From positions 1 through 64,000 of the forward strand of contig OZ025648.1 in the NCBI GenBank assembly GCA_964019335.1: 64,000 nucleotides of DNA. Direction: 5' to 3'. This document shows positions 10,601-23,126 of this stretch, in pieces. Made by a program: the position numbers and the translations under genes. Every line of letters starts with the position of its first letter. Position 1 is the stretch's first letter. This DNA is from Diplonema japonicum (Eukaryota > Protista > Euglenozoa: Diplonemea). The notes under the pieces were generated by a model, which saw only the letters and a program-made list of their open reading frames with translations, had not been told where the DNA came from and ran no database searches.

Positions 10601-13600
10601 ACGTGGTGGCGTAAGTCGGGGCTTGCTGAACGGGCAAGCCTAAAGACAGATGACGTGGCTCCTGTTAAGCTGCACAGATGTCATGAGCATACCTCATAAG
10701 GGTTCAGCCTCTCCTTTCCGATTAGCATTGTTTCGATCTTCTGCATTCTAGTAGTCATCTTACTCAAGCGCACGTTCTGCAAGAATGTCTTCTTGTAACT
10801 CGTAGTGCATACCTCCCAAGCGCTCTTCCATTTGTTGAGATATCTCATAGCCAACTTCTGCAAAGCGGATGACCCTAAGGCCCCCGCGGTGTTCCGGCGG
10901 GTCTGGCTGTATCTGGAGTGCCAATAACAGCTACACAAACAACATACTTAACACCGAGCCTTTTATCACTCCGGTCTTGGCTGTATAACGGAGTCTTCTT
11001 GGCCATTGCCGCATGAAGCTTGTCTAAACAGTTCTTCAACAACGTGAACATGCACCTGTGTGAAGTGGGTTGAGCTTCTTGCGTTGCATACCTTCTTCTC
11101 AGTATGTTCTGATTCCTTCTAAGCACTTCCCCCACACGTCTCCTGCCTACCCTTCGCAGCCTCCATCTCTGCCACAGGGCGAAATATCTAGACATGAGGC
11201 TGGTCTTCACCGTGTAAAGCAAACGTCCTGTCGCTATCTTACCTCTGCGGGTCACCGGCTTTTTGTTCTTCATGGTGTATGCCAACCACGTTATAAACCT
11301 GCGAGCAATCATCGCCTTTTGGTTATTCTTTGTAAGAGCCAGCGAAAGCTCCCTCTTGGTCTTCCAACTTCTGCGACGCTTCAGGGCGTAGGTGTACAGC
11401 TTCCAATAACACTTAGACATCAATTTCCTCGCGTTGCTGGCCTGCAATACCCTGCAGCATGATGCCCGCATCTTCTGAACACGATTGGCTGCTTTCTGCC
11501 ATGAAGCGCCCTCTTGCTCCATAAGACGCAGACGCCTCTGTGCTTTCCTGCTAGCATTCATAGCAAGACCCGTCCAATAGTAATGCAGTCTTTGTGCCAA
11601 AGTCTTTCTTTCAAGCAATTTCGCGAGCCTTGCTTGAAGAGACTTGTTTCTTGAAAACAAGATTCTTGTCACGGCAGTGCATCTGCCGTGCACCAAATCA
11701 AGTCGCTGCTCGGCCTCCTTTGTAGCTGTCTTGGCCTTTTCCAGCTGCGCCTCGTAGTCCACGAGCATTAACATGCTGGCATTTGCCGACTTGGACAATG
11801 TCTCGCTCAGCAGCATCTGACTTCTCAGTTCTTCCGTCAGCATGGCGACCTGCTTTGTGCGCTCGTCAAGAGCTTTATTGGCGTTCTCTAGCTCTGCACG
11901 CAATCTCGCAATCTCATCTGCCTGGTCATTATTTTTCGATTCTGCAAACTTCAAGCGTTCCATCAGCAGTTCCAGCTCCTTCCTAAGCGCCTCTGTGTTC
12001 CCTAACCTGTCCTCAAGCTCCTTGAGCAAGATGCGGAGTTGCCGAATCTCTTCTTCCCTCTCTTTCAGCTCTTTTGCCAGCATATCCCTTTCCATATCAG
12101 ACCTTGCCTGCCCCAAAGAAGCTGCCTCCAACTTGGCCCTGAGTTCTGCCATCTCCCTGTCTTTAGCCTCAAGTGACTGTATGAGGGATCGTATGCGTGC
12201 TTCAAGGTGGTCGATCAACTGCTGCTTGTCTTCTGCCACTTTCACGTCATCTTGGCCCCTTGTCCGCTGGCTCAGAAGATGTTCTGCAGCAGCAAGTTGC
12301 TCCCTTGTACGTGCAAGCTCCTCCTTGAGTACGAGCAAGGCATCTTCTTTTCCTTCCAGTCTTGCTAACGTGCTAGCCAACTGTGAGCGAAGTTCAGTCA
12401 GCTGCACCCTTGCATCTAGTGCCTCAGCCTTCGTCATGTCCAGCTGCTGAGCAAGCAAGAGTACCTTTTCTGAAGCAGCTGACTTCTGCGCCTCTGACGC
12501 AGCTGCCATAGCACGGTCGTCAACAGAGCCCTTCAGCATTTCCTCCTTTTCAGAGCGCAACATGGCAACCTGCTTCCCCAAGTCGTCGATGATGCGCACT
12601 TGTCTTTGACACTCGTCTTCTAACCACCTTATACGTTGCGACTTGATCTCGAGGTCGCCTTCAACCTTGAGCATCAAAGCATGATTGCCAGATAGTTGCG
12701 CCTCCGCAGCTGCCGCTGCAGCTGCCCTGTCGCGCAGCTGCTCTTCCAGCCTGTACGACTGCGTGTGTCTTATCACGTCTGTGTCGTTGCTGTGCAAGGA
12801 CCTGATCTCGCTCATCTGCAACCTTTCCTGCAGACGTGAAATCTCTGTCCGTGCAGCTGCGAGCTCAACATGAAGATTTTCGATTTCTCTAAAACGCGAT
12901 TCAAGCTGATCTCTTAGCATGGTCTCATTTGTGCCCAGTGTCTCCTGCATCCTGCTGGTGCTAGCTTTGATAGACTCCAATTCCAGTTTTGCGCCCGAGG
13001 CCCCCCCCAGCTCCCTGCGCAGCATTTCAATATCACTGTTGAGACGTGTGATGCGTGCATCATGTTCCCTACGCTGCTCTTGTAAAGACAAGTCGAGATC
13101 CCTGGAATGCATGACCTTCAGGTTTGTCATGTCCCTGTCGCAACGTGTCTTCTCGTGCATTAGCTCTTCCCTCAACTGGCGATTCTGTATGGGATAAAAA
13201 GATTCAAAAAGTAGCAGACCTCTTTTTCGCGTTGTTCCTCAGCAGCCTTGCAACCCACCAGCTCCTGCTGCAGGTGACTTTTTGTCAACAAAGCTTCTTG
13301 CAAAGCCATTTGTGCTTCCACCAGCTTAGAATCACCAGTGCACGCCTTGCTCAAAGCGAGTTCAAAATCCCTTGCGTTGCGGTCTATCTCAGTTCTTGCT
13401 TCTTCCAGACTCTTCAGTGCTGATGCTGCCGAGACACGTGCCTCCTCTGCTTCTTTGCTCAGTAGATCAACGCGGCGGTTGCACTCGTTCTGTATCTCGC
13501 GCAACTTAACTGCCATGTCTTCCTGCCCTTCAGCAAGGCAAGCGCGTTCTGCTTTGGCTTCGGCAGCTTCAATACGCGCGCTGGCAAGGTCAACGTCAGC

Positions 13601-14356
13601 CTTTGCCAGAGCAAGTTGCTCTTGAAGCTTACCTATGCTTCTATCCTTTTCCTTGCAGCCTGTTGAAGCCTTCCTCAAGCAGTGCCCTAGCCACCTCACG
13701 AACACCTTCCCCAAGCTCGATTTGTTTGTCAATTCCTTAAGGTGGTCGGCTGTGCGGAGGGCTCGATGCGAGAGGCCCGTCCTCTTGGGAGACATTGCTC
13801 GTGCACCTTGGTGATGCGTACCGTGCTCGTCCCGTGAAGGGCTCACCCTCCTAGACGTAGCAGCGAAACTTGAACGTGCCACACTACTTGGAGGTGCCAG
13901 TTCAGGGCTTGTCGGAGATGTGGGGGACAGGGGCCGCGGCCAAGCAGGCGAAGGCGTCATGCTGGTCACAGAAGGATACGGGGACATTCGCGTTGGCGAC
14001 CTCTGCCTCGTGGGACTGGTTTTGCGGTCGCGGTCAAGCGGAAGGGGCGGAGGCGATGCGATGAACCTGTCAGGAGGACGTCTCCCCATGCTCATGCTCG
14101 GGCTGCTAGATCGCATAGGGTCAAGGGCACTCCCCGCAAACGCCACGTTCCTGATAGCCTCGACAGCGGTCATCGCATTTGGAACAGGCACACTGGGGCT
14201 GCGGTTTGCATCTACTGCGGGGGATTGCGAACCATGTTCACCAAACCACCTCCTTTGGTCTTTGATGATGTGTGCAGTGTTCGAAATCAACCGCTCGAGC
14301 AACTCCCTGTTATTTTCGGACCTCCCCGCCAGTTCCCCAGCAGAGGGCGCGGACAT
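7653..14356 (-). CDS. Very large coiled-coil protein (>2000 aa), about 10 introns, function unknown
   Basis: ORFs 13172-14413, 10875-13175, 10681-10938, 10140-10637, 9669-10139, 9387-9653, 9145-9339 and 7653-9161 join in frame through 31-37 nt GT-AG introns. S/P-rich N-terminus, heptad E/L/R composition, Sfi1-like W-containing basic stretch near 11100-11600. Confidence 0.75.
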
Positions 14357-14415
14357 ATCTAACTCCTGTGCGATAATTATCGAAACTGCATGTATGGTAG
14401 CACTAAAGAGCAAGG

Positions 14416-15903
14416 TTAGATTTCAACAGTCGGCTGAGACTGCCCAGTGTGGTGGCTGATATGGAACAGTTCGCTCTGGTTCAGCTGCGTAGCGATGATG
14501 GTAATTGCAGTACATACCTGCAGCTCAGGCCTCTCAGCGTTGAGGCTGAAGTTTGGGCTAAGAACCTTCACCCAGTCGATTTCGTTGGCAGCAGAGCCGT
14601 TATCAGAAGATAATTCCTTCAGAGCCTTGAGTTGTTGCAACGTGACATCTCAATAGCATACCTCGATAACATCTTCCCGGTCAATAGAAGTGGCATGCTC
14701 AATGTCAGCTATCAGCTTACCCGTGTCACGGTGCAGCTGGTCGCAATTAATGCTAAGATAATCTAGGATCTGGAGATGGTATGTTCACGATGTACTAAAA
14801 TCGAATACCTGCCCCTTCTGGTACGTGCTATAGACCCTCTTCCCTAGTGTTGAAAGGGGCTTCTCAGGTACGCCGGATGTATTTTCTATTCTGGACAACA
14901 AGTAACTGATGTGGATCAATCTCTTGCCCCATCCACTGCGCTGCCATGGAGGGAGCATCACAATGCAAGAGAGATTGTTGATGCTGTGTCCCTTCTCCTT
15001 TGAGAACATTCCCCTGAGCATGTGTTTGGCCTCGCCATGCTGATTCCGCCCCATCTCAGTAAGCACGTAAAACCTAAAAGGAGATGTTCCATATCTATTC
15101 AGCTTGTTTTCCAAGAACAGTCTTGATATCAAAGATAGTGCGTGGCAGTACCTGCTGCGAGACTGTGCCTCCATCTGTGTAATGGACCCCTCCTTTGGAG
15201 CGTACGACAAAACAGACGATCTTTCCCACATGAGCAGTTCATCATCGTTCAGCGTTGCTTCCGAGTCACCCCCATCGACATCCCATACAGACCAGTTGAA
15301 GCTGCTGTAAGTCTCACACCCAGGGGGATGTAGGAGCCCCCTAAGAGGGCCTTCACCACCACAGTTTCCCCTGTCGCTCTTGTGCCGCGCGAAGTCATTC
15401 GGGTCAGTTGTGTACTTCAAACACACCTCGCATACATATAACCTGCCACCGTTCGCCAACAGCTTAGGGTGCAAGCTAGAGGGGAACGAAGACGGGTACC
15501 ACACGGGGATGTTCAGATCACCGAAGATGATGTGGTCGATCCAGCGCACGAATTGTTTGTGCTTTGTCTGCTCTTGTCCCGATCGTTGAGTCAATTTTGA
15601 CGTCAGCACCCAATGGTCCAGCTTCCCGTCATTGCAATCTGAAAGATGTATGTAGCTGTAGTGTGGGTCAGCAGCAGGATCTTCTGTCACTGCCAGTCGC
15701 TCCGCAATGTTCCCTTTGTGTCGCCCCTGCCGTGAAGAACTCACTGACCACAGGTAGTCGTACCTTGCAGGATCATCAATAACCTTCCACTTCGGCAAAG
15801 GTATAGGTTGCGGGGGTCTGATGAGCTGCACTCTTTTCTTCTCCGCTGTTTTCGGCGCCGGTTTTTTATTCTTCTGTGCAGCGCCCTTCTTTTGCCCCCT
15901 CAT
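14416..15903 (-). CDS. MYST-family histone acetyltransferase, 3 introns
   Basis: WYPSSFP, C2HC finger YVCEVCLKY...H...C, HPPG, LFLENK, GMFSKEK, NNLSCIVMLPPWQRSGWGKRLI and PEKPLS. Introns of 39, 36 and 33 nt at the 3' end. Confidence 0.92.
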
Positions 15904-15980
15904 TTAAGTAGCATCCTGTTTCGGGCTGCAAAAGAAAGAATAAAAAATATGTCACTAACATAATCTAACTACATTAAGCT

Positions 15981-18900
15981 CTACTGCTGCCTGTCAAGCT
16001 CGTACTTTATTGTCTCTAAATATCGTGTAGCCTTCTCATCGGCATCGGTGATTGTCGTTGAACCACCCGAGTAGCTGAACCCTGCATGTGTGCCGAAGAC
16101 ACCGTATGCAGTGTGCACTGCATTGTCGACAGTGCTTTTGTCTGCAGGAGGAATACGGCCCTTGAAAGGTGTGCTGCGCAAAGGCTGTTTGGCACCACCA
16201 CAAAGACCCTGCTCGTACATCTCCACCCAAGTTGACTTTACTCTATCGTCCGTGTTTGCTGGGATGTTCTTCCCGTCAACAGACTTGCCAAATGCCGTTC
16301 TGAAGTTCGATGGCATGGCGTGAATGAAGAATGGCTGGCTGCGAGATGGCGACAGTTGCGTAGATATCCCGTTCGGGAAGGGGTAAGAGTTACCGTCGTA
16401 GTTCAGCTTCTGCGTAGGCTTCTTCATCCCGTTGCAGTCCCACCCGTAGTAGCCACCCTCGTAGTCAACGAATTCCTCGGGCCTGCGTGCATGGTGGCGA
16501 ACGGGCGACAGCACCGCCGGCTCCGTGAAGGGAACAGTCGCCTTCTGTTTCAATAGTGTTACGCGAGTAGTCGGATTGAGCGGCTCCATGTCCAGCCTCA
16601 CTCGCTGCACTGCCATATCACTATCAATCACTTCTTTGATAGCCTGCGCTGTCCGATTGTGAACCACAACACCCTCGAGCTCCTTCACGCCCTCGATCCT
16701 CGGTAGCTCCATCATCTCCTCGCCCCTGTGTTTGTGCCAAAAGTGTACGGTAAACATACATGTCTTGTTTACTGCCTTGTCGGAAGGCATCCATTTCGGG
16801 TGGCTTACTTTTTTTGCTCTTGTCGCTGTCTGCGATAGCAAAATATCTGTCATCAGGCGATGGCTGTGTGGTTCTGGGATCGGTATTTTATCATCATACC
16901 TCCTCATTCGGTTCTCTGAACAGGTATACAAACCCACCGTGTGTAGGCTGTGGGTCCAGACCGAGGTCCTCGTCAGGCTTCAGCCAACAGAAATACTTCG
17001 CACCTACATCAGCTAACTGCTTAATAGTAATCGGCTGCATCCTACCAGACCTTTCCACACCGCGTGTACCATCAGTGTCTATCCATTTATAAGGCCCGTT
17101 AAATGAGAGGCCCTCGCCCGGTGTCAGCGCGTTCACTGAAAGCGGGATGCCGTTCTCATCTAAGTAAATGAACCCTCCATAGATAACGAACATGACAGCC
17201 GCTAGGCTGCTATCCAGAGCCAAGCTTGACAAGCCATTCATACCAGGCAAAGGGTATGCCCACACGAATGTGTGAGCCAGCCTCGGTATTCCTGCACGTC
17301 TGCGTGCTGATATTGGAAGCGTGACGGGGCTAGAAGGCGACACCCTGCCCTCACCCGGTACTCCTGCCTCTTCCAAAGGCTGCAAAGGGCCTTCTAAAGG
17401 AACAGAGTATCTTCCATCACGTACTTCCTTTACAAGCCCCTGGCAAGGGTGAAGCATCAGCGGGCCAAGAGAGTCTGGGAAACCTCCCCTCGTTTGAGCC
17501 AACTTTGCCATGGCTGGTCTACCTGCCTGCTCATTAGCCTCCTGTTGTGCCAGCTCTCTGTTTTTCTTTACGCGTTCGCAATGCCTTTCATGCAGCATGC
17601 CCTGTGATACCAGTCGCTTGATGGCTTCTATAGCACTCTTGCTCAGTCTCAGCGGCGCGTTGACCTCGCGTCTACCTTGCCCAAGCAGCTCGAACAAATT
17701 CTCAGGCGCCATTTTGTTCAATGTCTCTGCTTCTTTCAGTATGATTGTTTGGTAATCATGCCTCGCTACATTAGGTTCCCTGAAGTGCGCCTCGCCCTGG
17801 TCCAGTCCTGGTGACGGCAGCACGTGACTTTTGATATCGGGCATAGGCCCCAGCTGTTCATTTGGGTGTCGCAGCGGCGAGTCGTTGTCAAGATGCACAG
17901 TCTGTGGTGGGGGGTCTAAAGGCGTCCTCGCCTGCAACGACGACTTCTTCCACTCGGCTAGCTTCCGGAGTGGTTCAGACCGGGCAAGGATTCCCTTGTG
18001 CAAGTACGACTCGTCTTCCTCGACAACAGTGCGAACCGTTTCAGACGGCTGTTCTGACTCGGACGTCTCTTCCGTTGGCTTCATGAGTTCGTCCACCAGC
18101 ATGTGTGCCAGCTTACCACGAGTAAACGCCAAGAACACAGGAAGGTGCGTTGCGAGTACCCTCATAGACTGTTGTGCTGTTTGAAGCGAAAACCCACCGG
18201 ACTTCCCAGAGGGTGTCTCGTCTGCAGCGAGCCCTCTGATAATGTTAGCCTTTTGTGACAACTTTGCAGCTATGAAGCCAGTAACCATCTTGGCTGGGTT
18301 CATCACTTTGACACGCAGCTCCTCCAGGCGCGAGTGTGCGACATCCTTCAAAAAGACCTTCGTCTTCCCCACCTGCGAGTCGACGATGTCATCGATGCCT
18401 GCAAACTTCAAGATAGCTGATATCGAGACAGCGCCGTCAGGGCCATCGTAGCTACTACCTCTTACGACGCCCCTGTACCTGCTGAGGAAGTAATCATGCG
18501 GCAGACGGACAGGGTAGCAGTTGCGGCGCACCCTTACTGTTTCAATGACACCTGAGGTGAGCATCTGGTTGAGCACCATAGTTCCGTTGAAGGATCCAAG
18601 TGCATGGTCAGGCCTGATGCACTTGACCCAGTTTAGCTGTCTACCTTTCAGAATAGTCTTGATGTGCTCCATAGTATTTATGTACTGTGTGCAGACGGTT
18701 TCTCTTGTCAGGCTAGAGAGCGCACCCTCCCCCACCACGAACAGGTCCTTCACAACACTGTTTGTCGAGTCGTTGAAGATCTTTTCAAGAGTTGGCTTTG
18801 CACCAGTCCCGTTGGCCTGCCGCCAACCAGTAACAGGTCCATACCACACCATGCCAGTACAGTGTCTGACTCCGAAGGTGCCATTAGAATTCACATAGAG

Positions 18901-20836
18901 CGCGGGGTTGTCTTTGTGGTGGCTGTTCAGAAGGCCCAACAGAGCATGGTCAGCCAGCATTGCGCCTCCCTGCTGCTTGCTCTGCTCGTTCAGCAACAGA
19001 AGGACACCCTTGGGTGGTGCTTTCAGCAGGTCTATCGTCGGTGTAGTGTCAGGAGGCACCAAACCTAGCATATCTAAACCTTCCTCCTTGCACTCATGTA
19101 CCTCATCAAGGAAGATGTCGCTGTTGTAGATTCTTTGCATCTCTTCGTTGGTGGCGTTCATCACAAGCTGCTCGATGTGGTTCCCATAAGTTTTGTCATC
19201 CTCAAACCCAAACACGTCCAACAGACCCAGCCCACAAGGCTGCTGCGCTCTCCGATCTAAAGTAGAATCCCATCTCTGCAGCCCGCACGCGATTTCGGAG
19301 TTAATTCTTTTGACTAACCATTCTACCAACGCACAGTATACTGCAATGCAAATATTATTCCGAGCCGTCTCAGCCTGTGCTGGCCGCAGCCTGCGTGTTT
19401 GGATGCCCTCCCTGCTTGCTGTGGTGACAGAGGCAACCTCACCGAAAAGGAGATGGGGCTCAACACCCCACAAAGACGCTGCTATACGGACACGCTCCTC
19501 CATATCTTGTGACCATTCGACAAGGTTGCGCTTCAAAGCCTGAGACGAAGCTACATTGATACTGCGGAGGTGGATAATGCCGCCTAAGATCTTGTCGATA
19601 GCATCCAGCTCAAAAGCGGCCAGTCCTATGTCTGCTAGTGTTTTCCTATTGATTCTGTACGCAGAAGCATCCAAGGACTCGTCTTCGTCAGTTACTACAA
19701 CATTGCTGTACAGCCACTCATACCTCCTTGAGTCTTCGAGACCCAACCGCCTTCGCGTGACAGCATCCATCCCTGTGATGAGATGGTAGAAAGCGTGGAA
19801 CGACCGCTCTCCCTCAGGGGGGGACACCACTCTGCTTCGCTCTAACATGTACACATCGAACCTCCCGCCTACAAGTGCACCTCCTTTCGAAATGAATATC
19901 TCTGTCCACTTTGTCATCCTGCTGCTATTCGTATATCTGTGTTGCGTGGCGTTTCCAAAGGCATCTATGACAGGCCCTAACCTCATGATAGTCTCTGCCA
20001 AATCCTGGCTGATCGCTCGTGGCTTTCCCGTATTGGCTTGCGATGCCGCTGCAGAGGTGAGGAATCTGAGTGCTAGGTTTGCTGCTTCTGTCTTTCCAGA
20101 CCCTGGGGCGCCTGTGAGGATCATTGCTTGCGGTGCAGCATCAGGGGACTGTTTCAAGCACTGCCAATACATCTGATGAGCGGCCCCCCATATGTGTGAG
20201 GATTCTTGAGTGCCCCTCGCGTCAATAAACTCCTCGAACTTCTCCTCCGAGTACGCACTTGACGGCACCTGACCAGGGTTGAGGGAAAGAATCACGTTGG
20301 GACCGAGGCGCATGTACACCTCCTGCCGCTCAAATACGCTCCTCAGCTGCTGAAGAATAACAGCCTCATGTAGCTGGTGTATGTTGATGAGATCTTTCAC
20401 AGGAGTGAGGCTCGCTTTCATGGCAGGTGTAAGCTCGTCACGCTTCAACCTGACTAGATCCTTGACCCTGGCGTGCATCGGTGCTACAGAGGACATGCTA
20501 AGATCGATGTCATCTGTGCCTTTTCTAATGTCCCCTGGTATGATCGAAAACAGCTTGTCATTCCCCCGACCCTGGTGCGCCCTGTGTACTGTTCCAATCT
20601 GCCATCCCTGATCGGCATCCTTATAAAAAACACGTGAACCTCTTTGGAAGTGGTCACCTGACTTAGTCGGTGACAGAGACGAATTACTCGGCCTGCTAGC
20701 GTTGTGCTTGGCAAGCTCCTTCGAAAAGAACGCAACACGGGCCGACGCGGCAGCCTTCCTGGGGCCTTCCTTGTGCCAGGCTGTGGGCTTCCCGGGTTGT
20801 GACGTGACTGTGGCCATAGACACAGACTTCACTCAT
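15981..20836 (-). CDS. Divergent myosin heavy chain (SH3-like N-terminus, motor, unusual tail)
   Basis: LHEAVILQQL, GAPGSGKT P-loop, AFGNA, NSSR, ERSFHAFY, LLDVFGFE, WVKCIRP and VGKTKVFLK. Introns of 36 and 34 nt near 16864-16899 and 16726-16759 join it to ORF 15981-16937. The ATG at 20836 requires a 40-nt first intron (uncertain). Confidence 0.88.
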
Positions 20837-20915
20837 CTCCTGTGTGAATTGGTTTCAGAGAATTAAAAAAATCAGGTTACAATAGTACAGTACAGCTAAA
20901 TAGGAAAGTACCCGA

Positions 20916-21788
20916 TTAGCAAGCTTTGGGGGAAACATCGTACAACGAAAAGCATAGAGAAGTGTCAGTGGGGCCATCCTCAAGCAAAGGAGGATAGCAA
21001 GGGGTTGCAGATGACCGACTAATAGACCGCGTTAATAGGGACTCGATAGCAATAGGCAGCAGGGATGGAGGGCGCTTCTCACCTTTCTGCATGACGTACA
21101 CCTGCATTTTGTTGCGGAGTTGCGTTGTGTTAGTCATCGCTCGCCATCTCCCGTCGGTACCCTGGGCAGTGATATGAGAGATTCGTAAAGTAACGTTCGT
21201 GCGCATGGCAGCTTCCTCCCCTAAAAGCTGTTCGGCGGCAGCATGCACCTCTGGCAGAGAGGGCTGTGAAGGGAAGCTGTGTTCATAGTTCACCTTTCTG
21301 CCACCTACGTCACCTGCTATGTGTAGTATCATAGGGATAGACGAAGTAGGTGTACCGTGCAGTTGCAGTACCTGCTGAGGACTCAGCGCTCTTTGCTTTT
21401 CTGAGTAGGGGGGGATGTGACCTTGTGCCTCGTCAAGATCCATCTGAAATGCATACAGTTGCATGCCCGACTTCACCGGGTGCTTGTACTCCTCGAGAGG
21501 CACCCATGCACTACTGGCATCGTCAAAGACGGCCACATAGTCGATTAGCACTCGCGGCAGACATCTTCTCTGTGCTTCAAGTTGCACAACACTCTGCACG
21601 TGGCCTGTGATGCTAGCAATACCGGGATTGTGTCTTGCAGAAAAACCAACCTTCCTATTTTCTTTTGCACCTTCCAACTGGTATCCAACGAACAACTCTA
21701 AACTAGCTTCCACACGTGTCGGTGCTCTTGGTGTTGCAACCTTGAGGTACCCATCACATATTGCCTGCAGTCTTGGGCTAAGAGGCAT
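20916..21788 (-). CDS. Protein with two tandem BILBO1 N-terminal (ubiquitin-like) domains
   Basis: LHIAGDVGGRKVNYEHSFPSQPSLPEV...W...QL....QVYVMQ, plus a second copy ending WVPL...GMQLYAFQ, match the trypanosome BILBO1-NTD pattern (VAADIFNNKVNFELSFPSRPS...QLYVFQ). Start follows the acceptor CACACAG|GCATG. Confidence 0.72.
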   Translation of the reverse strand: MPLSPRLQAICDGYLKVATPRAPTRVEASLELFVGYQLEGAKENRKVGFSARHNPGIASITGHVQSVVQLEAQRRCLPRVLIDYVAVFDDASSAWVPLEEYKHPVKSGMQLYAFQMDLDEAQGHIPPYSEKQRALSPQQVLQLHGTPTSSIPMILHIAGDVGGRKVNYEHSFPSQPSLPEVHAAAEQLLGEEAAMRTNVTLRISHITAQGTDGRWRAMTNTTQLRNKMQVYVMQKGEKRPPSLLPIAIESLLTRSISRSSATPCYPPLLEDGPTDTSLCFSLYDVSPKAC

Positions 21789-21847
21789 GCCTGTGTGCAT
21801 AAGCATGAAGATGAACAGTTATGTATCAAAAATAATTTAACTATTTA

Positions 21848-23015
21848 CTACAAGGCGATAAAAAGCAGCAAAAGTGCAAATGAGATGGTGCAACTAACGA
21901 GTGCTTGTGCGTCATTTGTGCCTGGCAGGGGCACGCCTTCACCAGAAAAGCATGGGGTGACACTCCTATCGAATGCCTCACACTGACCTGTCTGCGTGCT
22001 GAAAGTGCAACCATTAGGACACCCAACACACATATTATTGCTAACAGAACAGGCACTGCAGTGTGTCGCGTTCGCCAAATTGTCGACCACGTGAAAGGAG
22101 AACCCACCAGCACTCGTGAAGCCTGGGGGGTGAAGGGTATTCAAAAAATCTTCCGCTCCTGTTTCGCCTGTGAACCACGTGCTGGGGATGATCGAATTAC
22201 CGTCTAGTTTCAAGCCGCAGTCGTCGTACACCCTTCCAAACACCTGGTTGGGCTGACTCGATGCGTTCCACATTGCATTTAAGAAGCTCCTGCATACCCT
22301 CCAAGAAAGTTTGACCGGTGCGTACTCCTGCTTTGTGTTGTTATGGAAAGCGTCATACATTGCGTGCCACCGTCGCACCGGCTCCCCACTCTGCGGTCTC
22401 AGGACGGCTCGAGAAGGTCATAGCTGACTCAGTCAACGTTGCGCCTATGGCGACCTCCCACTTGTTCGTGATAACGTTGTAGCTTATGCCATCCCCTGAC
22501 GATGGCCCTTTCCAAATGGCGGATCCGTTACTTAGGCCCGCGTGCGCAAAGTTGCTGGCAGGCCCGTTCCCAAGAACAACTGAGAGCGAGTATGGGGGCA
22601 TTGCCTGGGTGTTATTTCGAAGCAAACAAATCCATACCACAGGTTCGATATTATTGGCGGCGTACCCGTCGTACACGTTAAACCTGTACTCAGGCTCCTG
22701 TGGGTCGCACATGAAGCAACTCCAGTACCGCAACCTCAGATAGTTGTGTTTAATCTTGTGTTCTGATCTTGAGCATGGTATCCCCAGATCCGAAAGCTCT
22801 GAAAAAAAACCATGTGCCTCTGTGTCGTGTGTAGGCAAGCAGCACGAATTTTTCAGATGCCAACTACAAAACTCCAAAGCACGCGGCTTCTTCGGCGGTC
22901 TTGTCGACGCTATACAGTTCCCATCTTCATGATCTTCGGCCTGCATCGCGCCTTGCTTGTGCTCCCACAGCCCACCGACACTTTGCACCACAGCTAATAT
23001 AACTAGCGCCCTCAT
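21848..23015 (-). CDS. Secreted, probably GPI-anchored folate-receptor-family (Cys-rich) protein, 2 introns
   Basis: Signal peptide; LEFCSW...SCC, WSCFMCDP, RVCRSF and YDDCGL cysteine pattern; hydrophobic C-terminus. Introns of 33 and 31 nt. Confidence 0.7.
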
Positions 23016-23126
23016 CTGTGTAGCCTAGGTAGGAAGTAATTTGTAGTCAACTTCAAAAGGGAAATAAACGTAAACGATTTCGAGTAATGGAAAGATCGTG
23101 TGAACATGCCACAGTACATACACTAC

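Noticed and set aside
14416-20836. Apparent 3' bias of intron positions (MYST, myosin, exostosin)
   Set aside because: VPS18, DnaJ and the ATG16-like gene have 5' introns; the sample is too small to claim a trend.
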